Of a DNA stretch of 64,000 bases, positions 53,929 through 63,517 are shown piece by piece. Both the position numbers and the translations under genes were made by a program. The DNA lies in assembly GCA_015523545.1 (NCBI GenBank), contig WAKB01000008.1:6247-70246 (forward strand), given 5' to 3'. The first letter of the stretch is position 1; the number at the start of each line of letters is the position of its first letter. Under the pieces are notes generated by a model. It was not told the DNA's origin. It was given only the letters and a program-made list of their open reading frames with translations, and searched no databases. The DNA is from Candidatus Geothermarchaeota archaeon. Lineage in GTDB: Archaea > Thermoproteota > Nitrososphaeria > Geothermarchaeales > JDFR-13.

Positions 53929-56900
53929 ATGCAGATGAAACCATATATAAAGAGGGTAGAGATACACAACTACAAGACACATAAAAACACAAGACTCGTA
54001 TTCTCCCCAGGCATAAACAGCATAGTAGGCCCAAATGGAGCCGGGAAATCCAATATTGTACAGGCCATCCTATTCTGCCTAGGAGAGAGAAGCCCCAAAA
54101 ACCTAAGAGTATCAAGCTTCAACGAGATCGTATACAACTTCCGCAAAGACCTAGACGTATCGGTCACCCTAACAATAGTAGATAGCAATGGAGAGGAACA
54201 CAGATTCAAAAGAATATACTCGCCCAGGAAGGGTGAACACATATACCGCTACAACGGTAAGAGAGTCTCTAGAACAGCATATCTACTAAACCTCCTCAAA
54301 CTAGGCACAAACGGATTAAAACACGTCTACATCAAACAGGGAGACATCACCAGATGGGCAGACGCCACCCCGAAAGACATAAAAGAGATGATACACGAGG
54401 CCCTAGGCCTAAAAGAATACAACCAGAGACGCAGAGAAGCCCTGGAAAGACTAGCCGAGGCCGAGAAGAAGCTAGAATCAGTACAGGCCCAGTACCTAAG
54501 GATGCAGGAAATCGTATACACATTCAGAGACCACATGGTTAGCTACGAGACCAGCCAGACAGCCACCTACCTAAAAAACACACTAGAACACACAATCACC
54601 AAGATGCTTCTGAAAGAGAAGGAGGAACAACTAGCCAAGCTCAAAAAGAGGAAGGCGAAGATAGACAAGATATACACTAGAATCGTAAGACTGGAAGACC
54701 AAGTCAGCCAGAAGATCAGTGACTACATAACGAAATACTCCAACGCCACAAATAGACAGACCGAGATAAATACAGAAATAAACAGGCTAAATACAGAGAT
54801 CATAAAGCTGCTCAACGAGGAGAACAGACTAAGAGACAAGATAAGAAGGGCGAAGATATATGAGATAAACACGAAGATAGAGCTCCTAAAAAAGGAGATC
54901 AAGAATCTAAGAGATGAGACAAAAGAGGAGGCGAGGACACTAAGAGAGGAACTACAGAGCCTAAAGACGATTGAAAAAGAGGCTGAAAAGCTAAGAAAAG
55001 AAATAAACAATCTCGACACCAAGATAACAGAGCTGGAGAAACTAGAGGAAGATATAATAAAACAAGAGGCCGAAAAATTGGAGGAATACCGCAGAATCAT
55101 CAGTCAAGAGTCAGAAGAACTGCTGAGGGAAAAGATAAAGGAGCTTAGAAAGAGGGAATACGAGGAGGAACTAAGAGAGCTACGTAGAAGAATGGAGGTC
55201 TACCAAAGGACAATCAACGAGCTTAGGAGGCGGAAGGAGGATACACTCAACAAGCTGAAAAGTTTGAGGGAGGAGCTGGAGAGACATAGGAAATCCATGA
55301 GAGAGACGGAGAGAAGACTGAAGAAAACCAGCAACGAAGTTAGCAATGCCTATAAACTCCTGAGAAAACTGGAGAACATACTAGACAACCTAACCAGAGA
55401 CAAACAGGCAGAGGTGAAATACTACAACGACACCAGCAAAGTATTAGAGGCCACAAAAACACTCAGACTACCAGGAGTCTACGGCATACTATCAGAGATG
55501 GTGAAAGGCCCACCCAAGATCCTACGCCTAATAAGAGACCTCGACCTAAGAAGCTGGTACGCCATAATAGTAAAGGACAGAGACACCGCCCTAAGAGTAG
55601 CCGAGATAGCCAACGAACTTGAGAAAGACATATCCATATTAACCGCAGACGGAGCCACGGATAAGACCCTACCCGACAACTCAGTAATATACCTCCTCAA
55701 ATACCCAAAGAAGATAGAAAACATAGTCATCAACCTCTACGGAGACATAGAGACAGTAGCCACACTGGAAGAAGCACTGGAAAAGACGTCCAAAGGCGCC
55801 AGAACAATACACATAGACGGAGAATTCCTACTCCACCCCCGCGGCTATATAAGAACCACAGGAATACTGGTTAAGCTACCCAAGGACGTAGAGACACTAA
55901 AGACAATAAGAGACAAGTTTAGAAGAGTAATACAGAGGAAAGAGGAGGAGCTAGCCGAACTAGAGGCCAAGCTCAGAGAACAGCAGAGGGAAGAGAACAA
56001 GATCATGGGTAGGATAATCTCAACCCAACTAACCATAAAGTACATAGACAGAAATATCAAACTACTCAGCGACATAACCAAAAGGCTGAGAGAGAAGGAG
56101 AAGAGAATAAAGGGGGAGCTTAGCAGTGAAAAGAGGGAGACAAAGAAAGAAAAAGAGAGGGTAAGCCTCACATCACAGATCGAGGAGGTCAGAAGACAGA
56201 TAACCGAGCTAAAGAACCGTAGAGAAGAGCTTAAAAAGGAGCTCTCCAAGCTAGAAGAGATAATCAACAAAAAAAGAGTCGTTATACAACTATTCCAAAA
56301 CAACACCAGAGCCAAGAAGAGCCGGATCCAGGAGTTGAAACGGGAGATAGAAGCACTAGAGAATGAGAAACCAGAGCTGAAGAATAGGATTAAGGAGCTG
56401 GCCAACCAGATAAAAGAGCTCGTCGATAAGAGGCTTCAGTACACGAGGGAGATAAACAGCCTGAATAAAGAGCTAGAAAAGATCAAAAAGTCTCTCAAGA
56501 AACTTGACGAGAAGAGGGAGAAGTTGGAGGATAGACTATCAAAAATACGTGAAAGACGAGAGAAGGTATCCTCTATGAGAACAAAACTAACAACCAAACT
56601 CAGCCTACTAGAGGCTGAGGTGACAAGACTCAGAAACACCCTAGAAAAGACAGTAGCCAGAGAATTAGAAATAAACAACCTACAAACCGCGAAGGAGCTC
56701 GTAGACAACCTGAGGAGGGAACTGGAGGAGATAGGAGAAGTGTCCCAGATAGCCGAGAGAACATTCCTAGAACAGCTAGAACCCTATAAGAACTATAGCA
56801 CAAGGAGAAGCGAACTACTCCAGGAACGGAACGAGATACTCGAATTCATAAGGGAGATAGACGAGAAGCGCCTACAGATATTCGAGGATGGATTCCAAAA

Positions 56901-57348
56901 GATTAAGAAACGATTCATGGAGATGTTTGAAACAGTATTCCCAGAATCGAAAGTCTGGATAGAGCTGGAGGAGGAGGGCAACATAGACAGCGGGATCCTA
57001 GTCTTCATAGAATTCCCAGGAAAGCCCCGCATAACCATAGCCGCCGCCAGCGGAGGGGAGAGAACATCAATCATCCTCATGCTCCTACTAAGCATATACT
57101 CGATAAACGAGGACACAATATTCATATTCGACGAGATAGACGCCCATATGGATCCAAGGGTAGTCGACAACATAGCCAGGATAATAAAGGCCCAAGAGAA
57201 GTATAGCCAGATAATCCTAGTTACACTTCCAGGCCACGACAGCATGATCAACATAGCCGACATAATAATCCCAGTAACATTCACAAAAGGAGCCAGCAAA
57301 GCATTCTCCATAAAGTCAGAACTACTGGTGGGGGCGAGGACACCATGA
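53929..57348 (+). CDS. smc: SMC (structural maintenance of chromosomes) protein
   Basis: Walker A GPNGAGKSN, long coiled coils, a hinge-like segment GVYGILSEMV...YAIIVKDRDTALRVAEI, signature AASGGERT, Walker B IFIFDEIDAHMD. No CxxC hook. Confidence 0.9.
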   Translation: MQMKPYIKRVEIHNYKTHKNTRLVFSPGINSIVGPNGAGKSNIVQAILFCLGERSPKNLRVSSFNEIVYNFRKDLDVSVTLTIVDSNGEEHRFKRIYSPRKGEHIYRYNGKRVSRTAYLLNLLKLGTNGLKHVYIKQGDITRWADATPKDIKEMIHEALGLKEYNQRRREALERLAEAEKKLESVQAQYLRMQEIVYTFRDHMVSYETSQTATYLKNTLEHTITKMLLKEKEEQLAKLKKRKAKIDKIYTRIVRLEDQVSQKISDYITKYSNATNRQTEINTEINRLNTEIIKLLNEENRLRDKIRRAKIYEINTKIELLKKEIKNLRDETKEEARTLREELQSLKTIEKEAEKLRKEINNLDTKITELEKLEEDIIKQEAEKLEEYRRIISQESEELLREKIKELRKREYEEELRELRRRMEVYQRTINELRRRKEDTLNKLKSLREELERHRKSMRETERRLKKTSNEVSNAYKLLRKLENILDNLTRDKQAEVKYYNDTSKVLEATKTLRLPGVYGILSEMVKGPPKILRLIRDLDLRSWYAIIVKDRDTALRVAEIANELEKDISILTADGATDKTLPDNSVIYLLKYPKKIENIVINLYGDIETVATLEEALEKTSKGARTIHIDGEFLLHPRGYIRTTGILVKLPKDVETLKTIRDKFRRVIQRKEEELAELEAKLREQQREENKIMGRIISTQLTIKYIDRNIKLLSDITKRLREKEKRIKGELSSEKRETKKEKERVSLTSQIEEVRRQITELKNRREELKKELSKLEEIINKKRVVIQLFQNNTRAKKSRIQELKREIEALENEKPELKNRIKELANQIKELVDKRLQYTREINSLNKELEKIKKSLKKLDEKREKLEDRLSKIRERREKVSSMRTKLTTKLSLLEAEVTRLRNTLEKTVARELEINNLQTAKELVDNLRRELEEIGEVSQIAERTFLEQLEPYKNYSTRRSELLQERNEILEFIREIDEKRLQIFEDGFQKIKKRFMEMFETVFPESKVWIELEEEGNIDSGILVFIEFPGKPRITIAAASGGERTSIILMLLLSIYSINEDTIFIFDEIDAHMDPRVVDNIARIIKAQEKYSQIILVTLPGHDSMINIADIIIPVTFTKGASKAFSIKSELLVGARTP

Positions 57349-57989
57349 GGAAGAGCCCAAAATACATACTCCTAGAGACACTAGACACCCTAAGACGGAT
57401 AAATCCCTGGAGGATAAACATAGCGGAGGAGATAGAGAAGATACGGAGACTACTGGAGGAGAGGCTAAACCTAGTAATAGCCGGCATAGCGGCCGACAAC
57501 GCCTCATACATCTACTCCAGGAAGGTAGACGAGATAGAGAAAATAGTAAAGACACCACTCAAACCCCTAACCATCAGGGAAGAGAGACTAGTAGAGCCCA
57601 CAGATCTACCACCAGTACAGATCAACTATCCACCACAGAAATATATGATAGACATATCAGACCTACTAGACAAACTAGAGGAGATACTAGAGAAAGAGGT
57701 AGCAAAGAAAATTAGCGAGACAGACCTCGAGATAAGCTCTGAAGAGATCCTCAGATACACTGAGGAAGAGATAAGGAGGGCCGAGGACTTCATACTAAAC
57801 ATCCTAATAGACACGGAAGAGGCCCTCTTCACAACACTCATAAGAGAGGCCCTTAAAAGCGGGAGAACACACCCTCTATACATCCTCTACGCAATACTAT
57901 TCATGGCCCAGGAGGGAATAATAACACTAGAACCAATAATGGCGGAGGGAGATACCTGTGACGACATCCTCATCAGAAAAGAAGCCTGA
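57345..57989 (+). CDS. scpA: kleisin ScpA-like protein
   Basis: 214 aa with an ATGA overlap onto the smc stop. Helical N-domain plus C-terminal winged-helix-like LYILYAILFMAQEGIITL. Position between smc and scpB. Confidence 0.75.
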   Translation: MRKSPKYILLETLDTLRRINPWRINIAEEIEKIRRLLEERLNLVIAGIAADNASYIYSRKVDEIEKIVKTPLKPLTIREERLVEPTDLPPVQINYPPQKYMIDISDLLDKLEEILEKEVAKKISETDLEISSEEILRYTEEEIRRAEDFILNILIDTEEALFTTLIREALKSGRTHPLYILYAILFMAQEGIITLEPIMAEGDTCDDILIRKEA

Positions 57990-58443
57990 TACAGGCCTAA
58001 TAGAAGCCATATTATTCGCCTCACCAAGACCAGTATCAGAGGAGAGACTAGCATCAATCCTAGAACTCCCGAAGAAGGATGTTAGGAAGGTTATGGAGGA
58101 CTTCATCAAGAAGTTCAACAGGAAACATGAGGGGATAAAGATTGTGAGGAACAGGAGACACTACTACATAACCATACAGGACAAGTACCTAGACATAGTC
58201 TCCCGAATAATGGAGCCCCCACCACTAAACCAGAGACAGAAACTAGTAATAGCACTCCTCTACAAGAAGAAGGAAGCCCTACTCAGAGAACTAAGGGAGA
58301 TGTTTGGACCCAACATATATAGAGATGTGAAGAAACTCAGGAGATGGGGCTTCATATCCATACATAGCAAAGACGGTAAGAAGAAGGTTGTACTTAGGCC
58401 GGAGGCAGAGGCCTACATAATACGTAGAAGAGGAAGATCTTAG
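57958..58443 (+). CDS. scpB: ScpB-like protein
   Basis: TGLIEAILFASPRPVSEERLASIL is the ScpB N-terminal wHTH signature, and there is a second wHTH (QKLVIALLYKKKEALLRELRE). GTG start overlaps scpA by 32 nt. Confidence 0.8.
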   Translation: MTTSSSEKKPDTGLIEAILFASPRPVSEERLASILELPKKDVRKVMEDFIKKFNRKHEGIKIVRNRRHYYITIQDKYLDIVSRIMEPPPLNQRQKLVIALLYKKKEALLRELREMFGPNIYRDVKKLRRWGFISIHSKDGKKKVVLRPEAEAYIIRRRGRS

Positions 58444-58510
58444 CAAACCCAGCCAGCAAGATTTTTATTACCATCCCCATAGGAAAAATTTTTAGACCTG
58501 GTGACAGGGA

Positions 58511-58903
58511 ATGGCCATAACACACTGGGACCTCCACAAGAGGAAGAAGACGGGAGCCAAGAGGAGAATATGGAGGAAAAAGAGGAAATATGAGCTAGGC
58601 CGCTTCCCAGCAGAGACAGTGCTACATGAGGAGAGGCGGATAAGGATAATACGTACAAAGGGAGGAGGCATAAAAGTGAGGCTCCTCAGAGACCGATACG
58701 TCAACCTATACATACCCTCCCAGAACAAGACCGAGAAAACAGAGATACTCAGCGTATTAGAGAACCCAGCCAACAGGGAGTACAGCAGGAGAGGCGTGAT
58801 AACAAAGGGAGCCATAATAGAGACTAAATATGGAAAGGCAGTGGTAACATCCAGACCCGGCCAAGACGGTGTAATAAACGCAAAGCTCATAGAGGAGGCA
58901 TGA
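58511..58903 (+). CDS. rps8e: 30S ribosomal protein S8e
   Basis: HKRKKTGAKRRIWRKKRKYELGR...IRIIRTKGGGIKVRLL signature. Confidence 0.95.
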   Translation: MAITHWDLHKRKKTGAKRRIWRKKRKYELGRFPAETVLHEERRIRIIRTKGGGIKVRLLRDRYVNLYIPSQNKTEKTEILSVLENPANREYSRRGVITKGAIIETKYGKAVVTSRPGQDGVINAKLIEEA

Positions 58904-59193
58904 GAATCAAAGACGCATACATCATCTGGCTTAACTACCTAGACAGGAGACTAACAAAGAAGGAGGGCAGAAAACTCCCCAAGAACCAAGCCGTAAAATC
59001 ACCATCACTAGAAGAGCTGGCCAGGGCTGCTCAAAAAGCAGGGTATAGGGTGAGAGAGAAGAGGAGGGCGAGATACCCATCCTCATGGTGGATAGACAGC
59101 GGGTACATAGTGATAGAAAAACCTCAAGACGAGAACAAACTCTCAACAATCAAGAGAATAGCCAAGGAGATAAGGAGGGAGAGGGGTGGATGA
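58900..59193 (+). CDS. srp19: signal recognition particle protein SRP19
   Basis: IIWLNYLDRRLTKKEGRKLPKNQAV.SPSLEEL...RARYPSSWW. ATGA overlap with the rps8e stop. Confidence 0.9.
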   Translation: MRIKDAYIIWLNYLDRRLTKKEGRKLPKNQAVKSPSLEELARAAQKAGYRVREKRRARYPSSWWIDSGYIVIEKPQDENKLSTIKRIAKEIRRERGG

Positions 59194-59426
59194 AGAGAAT
59201 AGGTAGAATACTCCACTACACTAAGTACGGCGTCTTCGTAGTGGAGGCGGAAAAAGCCATAAGCCTAAACAACACCATCTACGACGACAGGAAAAAGAAG
59301 ATAGGCATTGTAGTCGACGTGATCGGCCCTATAAATAAACCGTATCTAGTCCTGAAACCACTAGTAGACAAACCCGAGAAATATGTGGGGAAAGAGGTCT
59401 ATATTATAACTAGGAGGAGACGATGA
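59190..59426 (+). CDS. gar1: H/ACA RNP protein Gar1
   Basis: 78 aa from internal ATG 59190 (ATGA overlap with the srp19 stop): GRILHYTKYGVFVVEA...IGIVVDVIGPINKPYLVLKP. Confidence 0.85.
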   Translation: MKRIGRILHYTKYGVFVVEAEKAISLNNTIYDDRKKKIGIVVDVIGPINKPYLVLKPLVDKPEKYVGKEVYIITRRRR

Positions 59427-60226
59427 TAAAGACTCCTGAAGCCTGCCCCGTATGTGGAGGAACAGAATTCATAAAAACACCCGAGGCAGGCGAAATATGT
59501 AGAACCTGTGGATACGAAGTAGAGAGAAAGACCCAAATAAGCTACAAACCACCCTACAAGAAGACCGAGGACACTACCTATATAAAGGGGCCAACACTGG
59601 AGAGCCCAAAGAAATATTATGAAAACCTAATCCAACAGGTATACGACTTGATACAGAAATATGGAGACTTGATCGGCGTCCCCCCACAAGACGTGACAGT
59701 AGCCAAGAAGATAAGCGAACTAGCTATTAGAAGGGGGAGATGGAACAAGAACTACCTAGCACTAACCTCCCTCTACATTGCAAACCGCCACAACTCGATA
59801 ATAGAGATACCCCTTAAGAAATATATAGAGACCTTCGACTGGGTAGAGAAAAAGAAGCTGAGGAGAACAATTAGGAGACTGGTAAAGACATTAAGAGTAA
59901 ACCTCAACTACCGATTGGACGAACGGGAGATATACACCAAGTTCTACAGGGAATATGGATGGGACGATAGGACAATACACATCATAAAAGAGCTGGAGAA
60001 GGTGGTGAAGAAATATGGCATAGCTAGAAACAAATCCCCAAAAACACTCCACGCAGCAATAGCCTACATAGCATATAAAATGGTCTATACAGACAACGGA
60101 GAAACATCTAGGAAACACAGGGTAACCCTCAAGAGATCAGCAGAGATATCAGGCGTCTCAGAGTCAACCATTAGAGAAGCCGTGAGAGAGATACTTAGAA
60201 AGACCGTGATAACAGTATACCTATAA
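59423..60226 (+). CDS. TFIIB/TFB-like protein lacking a recognisable B-reader/linker
   Basis: N-terminal zinc ribbon CPVCGGTEF...CRTCGYEV plus two cyclin-like repeats (LALTSLYIANRHN..., LHAAIAYIAYKMV...AEISGVSESTIREAVREI). No GPEWRAF or HDRGLST blocks. ATGA overlap with the gar1 stop. Confidence 0.75.
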   Translation: MIKTPEACPVCGGTEFIKTPEAGEICRTCGYEVERKTQISYKPPYKKTEDTTYIKGPTLESPKKYYENLIQQVYDLIQKYGDLIGVPPQDVTVAKKISELAIRRGRWNKNYLALTSLYIANRHNSIIEIPLKKYIETFDWVEKKKLRRTIRRLVKTLRVNLNYRLDEREIYTKFYREYGWDDRTIHIIKELEKVVKKYGIARNKSPKTLHAAIAYIAYKMVYTDNGETSRKHRVTLKRSAEISGVSESTIREAVREILRKTVITVYL

Positions 60227-60311
60227 ACCGATAATTTATTAACGCCAACAACCCAATATTTTACAGAGGATTATCAAGCAACAATACTTAACCCATGGGG
60301 GAGGGGCAAAT

Positions 60312-60524
60312 TTGTCTGAAAATAACCAGTCGGAAACACCTCGAATAATTAGAAGACCCAACCCAGAGGCAAGGGTCAAAGCCATAGACTTCATAGACGG
60401 CCTATACTGTATAATATGTTCCTATAAATCCGAGTGCTCATCCCGATACCCCAAACACCTCATAAAATGTAGATACCTAGAGGAATGGGCCCTAAGCAGA
60501 TACAGAGCCGCTGTAAAGAAATAA
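60312..60524 (+). CDS. small Cys-containing hypothetical protein (weak)
   Basis: TTG-start 70-aa ORF (LYCIICSYKSECSS...IKC). No ATG, no recognised family. It fills an otherwise 330-nt gap. Confidence 0.3.
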   Translation: MSENNQSETPRIIRRPNPEARVKAIDFIDGLYCIICSYKSECSSRYPKHLIKCRYLEEWALSRYRAAVKK

Positions 60525-60559
60525 TTATACATACAAGAGGAACAGCAGAATTGGTGGCG

Positions 60560-61201
60560 ATGAGAAGGAAGAGGGATGCGTATACAGAGATAGCTAAGAG
60601 AGAAGGCCTGAGGAGCAGGGCATACTTCAAACTAAAAGATATTGATGAACGCTATGGGATATTTAGGCCGGGTGACATCGTAATAGACATAGGGGCTGCA
60701 CCAGGAGGATGGATAAAATACTCACTATCTAAGATAGGCTTCGACGGAAGAGTAATAGGAATAGACCAGAGGGAGATCGAACCATTCGAAGAGCCAAACG
60801 TAGTCACCATAAAAGCCGACATATTGGGAGAAGGGATCTTCAAATCAATAGAGGAACAACTAGGAGGGGAGAAGGCCGATGTAATAATAAGCGACGCCTC
60901 GCCCAACATATCAGGAGTCTACGAGGTCGATACTGAGAAGATATACGACCTAAACAAACGTGTGATAGAGATAGCCGACAGATTCCTAAGACCCGGGGGA
61001 ACACTGATCCTCAAGACATTCCAAGGAAGACACGAGAGACGACTGGTAAACGCGTTAAAAAAGAGGTTCAGAAGGATAAGTACCTATAAATCCAAGGTGT
61101 CTAGAAAGAGGAGCTCAGAGATATACTACATATGCATGGGCTTCATCAAACCAAGGAAGAGATCATGTCGACGAGGAAAGAGGGGGGAGCATCAGTCCTG
61201 A
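60560..61201 (+). CDS. rlmE: 23S rRNA (uridine-2'-O)-methyltransferase RlmE/FtsJ
   Basis: RSRAYFKLKDIDERYGIF.PGD.VIDIGAAPGGW, VIISDASPNISG, LKTFQG. First ATG of the conserved core is at 60560. Confidence 0.9.
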   Translation: MRRKRDAYTEIAKREGLRSRAYFKLKDIDERYGIFRPGDIVIDIGAAPGGWIKYSLSKIGFDGRVIGIDQREIEPFEEPNVVTIKADILGEGIFKSIEEQLGGEKADVIISDASPNISGVYEVDTEKIYDLNKRVIEIADRFLRPGGTLILKTFQGRHERRLVNALKKRFRRISTYKSKVSRKRSSEIYYICMGFIKPRKRSCRRGKRGEHQS

Positions 61202-62246
61202 AGCCGTCGGGATAGATATGTGTCCTTGAAAACCTATACCCAGACGACGTAATAGCATCCCTGAGCCTAGACATACTCGGCATAGGCTTTCCAACCTCTT
61301 TACACAGCTTCGATAAACGGTATAGCCCAACAATCGAGGTGTCCTCCTCCCCAAGCCTGGCAAGAAATCTCTGGACCTCCCTACCTAGGTATCGCCACCT
61401 ATCCCCCCGGGCCTCCTCAACAATCCTGCTTACCAGGCCAGTATCGATATACGGCCCTATCCAGAGGGGACCCACCACCCTCCCATCCGGCAGACCCTCT
61501 CTTCCAGCATCACTGAGGGAGACTGGTGCCCACCCCATACCTTCATTATAGACGAGGAATCCTAGATAATCATGCCTCAACAATGATCTACGCCTATCCA
61601 CCTCCAAATAGACACGGACATAATTATTCTCAAATGTGGATAGCAGAGGCCTTGCCGAGAAGCCCATACGCACAGCGGCCAATACACCCTCCCTCACAAG
61701 TATACGGATAGCCAACTCGTGACAAACATCATTCCTAGAATAGGCAGAACCATATATCCTCTCCACACCACCCTCGACAACCTCACACAAGGTCATAAGA
61801 TCAGTGGCTGTAAACACCAAGAGGCCCCTCCTCCCAAAGACCATAAGCCCCGAATGCAGATAGGGTAGTGGAGAGCCAAAGGGATCTATATCGACAACAT
61901 CAATCTCTAAACCACCTAGAAGAGTAGGCAACGCCCTAGCATCACCCATATATACCGAAGCCCTATCAGCCAAACGGTTAAGAGATACGTTCCGGACAAC
62001 AGCTTCATAAGACCTTGGAGAAGCGTCGACGAAATATCCATATTCAACGGGGCCCACCTCCAACAAATACCTTATACCACGGATACCCGTACCTGCATGC
62101 GAATCTAGAAAAGTAACGTCGCCACGCCCACTGTAGTAAGTCTCTAGAAACAGGACAGCCAGAGACCTATTTAGAGAGGCCCGAGGATTATAGAAGACGC
62201 CCTCACCGACCTCTATCTCAGCTAGCCCCTCTCTTACCCTCTTCAT
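61146..62246 (-). CDS. trm1: tRNA (guanine26-N2)-dimethyltransferase Trm1
   Basis: FYNPRASLNRSLAV, FLDSHAGTGIRGIRYLLE, VDIDPFGSPLPYL. Its 3' end overlaps the convergent rlmE gene by 56 nt. Confidence 0.92.
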   Translation of the reverse strand: MKRVREGLAEIEVGEGVFYNPRASLNRSLAVLFLETYYSGRGDVTFLDSHAGTGIRGIRYLLEVGPVEYGYFVDASPRSYEAVVRNVSLNRLADRASVYMGDARALPTLLGGLEIDVVDIDPFGSPLPYLHSGLMVFGRRGLLVFTATDLMTLCEVVEGGVERIYGSAYSRNDVCHELAIRILVREGVLAAVRMGFSARPLLSTFENNYVRVYLEVDRRRSLLRHDYLGFLVYNEGMGWAPVSLSDAGREGLPDGRVVGPLWIGPYIDTGLVSRIVEEARGDRWRYLGREVQRFLARLGEEDTSIVGLYRLSKLCKEVGKPMPSMSRLRDAITSSGYRFSRTHIYPDGFRTDAPPSFLVDMISSLV

Positions 62247-62303
62247 AACTTCTCAGACCCATTAACAGCTTATTACCAGAACGGTCCAATAGAGTTTTAC
62301 ACC

Positions 62304-62849
62304 ATGATAAAAATATTCCTTACCGGAGACCCAGGAGTAGGGAAAACCACATGTGTCTCCAGGATATACGAGACCCTAACCGCCTATGGCTACAAAACCT
62401 GTGGATTCATATCAAAAGAGATTAGGGAGGGAGGTGTGAGGAAAGGCTTTGAACTAATATCGCTGCCCGATGGTAAGAGAGAGATACTGGCTCATGTAGG
62501 AATAGATAGCCCAGTAAAGATAGGGAAGTACAAGGTTAACATAGCCGGATTCGAGAGGCTCCTAGACGAGATAATGGAGAGGGAGGGCTGCGATCTATAC
62601 ATCATAGACGAAGTGGGACCCATGGAGATAGCCTCCAACAAATTTCTCCGCTACATAGAGGTGATTCTCGAGAGGGATGAGCCAGCCGTAATAACAATCC
62701 ACGTCACACTCTCCAAACAGCTCGGGAAGAGGTTCAAGACCAGTAAGCCAAACATACTATACAGGATAACAAGAGAGAACAGGGACAGTATGCCCCTAAT
62801 CATATGGAGAGACCTAAACAGATACCTAGCCAAGAAGAAGGAGAGATGA
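62304..62849 (+). CDS. nucleoside-triphosphatase THEP1 family
   Basis: IFLTGDPGVGKTT, GFISKEIREGGVRKGFELISL, YIIDEVGPMEI. Confidence 0.85.
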   Translation: MIKIFLTGDPGVGKTTCVSRIYETLTAYGYKTCGFISKEIREGGVRKGFELISLPDGKREILAHVGIDSPVKIGKYKVNIAGFERLLDEIMEREGCDLYIIDEVGPMEIASNKFLRYIEVILERDEPAVITIHVTLSKQLGKRFKTSKPNILYRITRENRDSMPLIIWRDLNRYLAKKKER

Positions 62850-63517
62850 TCCACATAGGCATTGACGAAGCGGGTAGAGGGGCTGTCATAGGCCCCCTGG
62901 TAATAGCCCTAGCAGCATTTAAAGACGAGAAGCTAGAGACACTATCCACGTTAATAACGAAGGACTCAAAGGGATACACACGGAGAAGGAGGGAGGAACT
63001 ATACGAACATATAGTGGTAAACGCTGACTACATATCTACAAGGAGGCTATCACCAAACGAGCTTAACCAGCTAATGTGTAGAGACATAAGCCTAAACATA
63101 ATAGAGCTGAGAGTCGTCAGTGAACTGATAAAAGAAGCACTGGAGAAGACAGGTGGGAGAGTCACAGCCTACATAGACTCGATGACCACCAAGGAGATAC
63201 AGTGTAAAACATTTATCCTCTCCAGGATTCCCAGGAGCGATGTAAGGATCATCTGTGAACATGGAGCCGACGCCAAGTACCCAGTCGTAAGAGCCGCAAG
63301 CATCATAGCCAAGGTAATACGCGACAGATCCATAGACACACTGGAAGAGAGATATGGAAATCTAGGGAGTGGATACCCATCAGACCCAAGAACCATAGAG
63401 GCATTGAAGAGACTGGCCCAGGAACTGGATAAGGAGGAATTTGGAAGTATTGTCAGGTTAAAGTGGAAAACTGTTAAAAGGATTATTGGAGAACGGGGAT
63501 GTGGCTCAGAAGGATAA
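62846..63517 (+). CDS. rnhB: ribonuclease HII
   Basis: IGIDEAGRGAVIGPLVIA, DSK, AASIIAKVIRD, GSGYPSDP. ATG 62846 makes an ATGA overlap with the THEP1 stop. Confidence 0.93.
   Translation: MIHIGIDEAGRGAVIGPLVIALAAFKDEKLETLSTLITKDSKGYTRRRREELYEHIVVNADYISTRRLSPNELNQLMCRDISLNIIELRVVSELIKEALEKTGGRVTAYIDSMTTKEIQCKTFILSRIPRSDVRIICEHGADAKYPVVRAASIIAKVIRDRSIDTLEERYGNLGSGYPSDPRTIEALKRLAQELDKEEFGSIVRLKWKTVKRIIGERGCGSEG

Noticed and set aside
53929-57348. Rad50 as an alternative identity for the 1139-aa coiled-coil ATPase.
   Set aside because: There is no CxxC zinc hook in the middle of the coiled coil. A hinge-like globular segment is present instead, the length is SMC-like, and ScpA/ScpB-like genes follow directly. 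No mre11 is adjacent.
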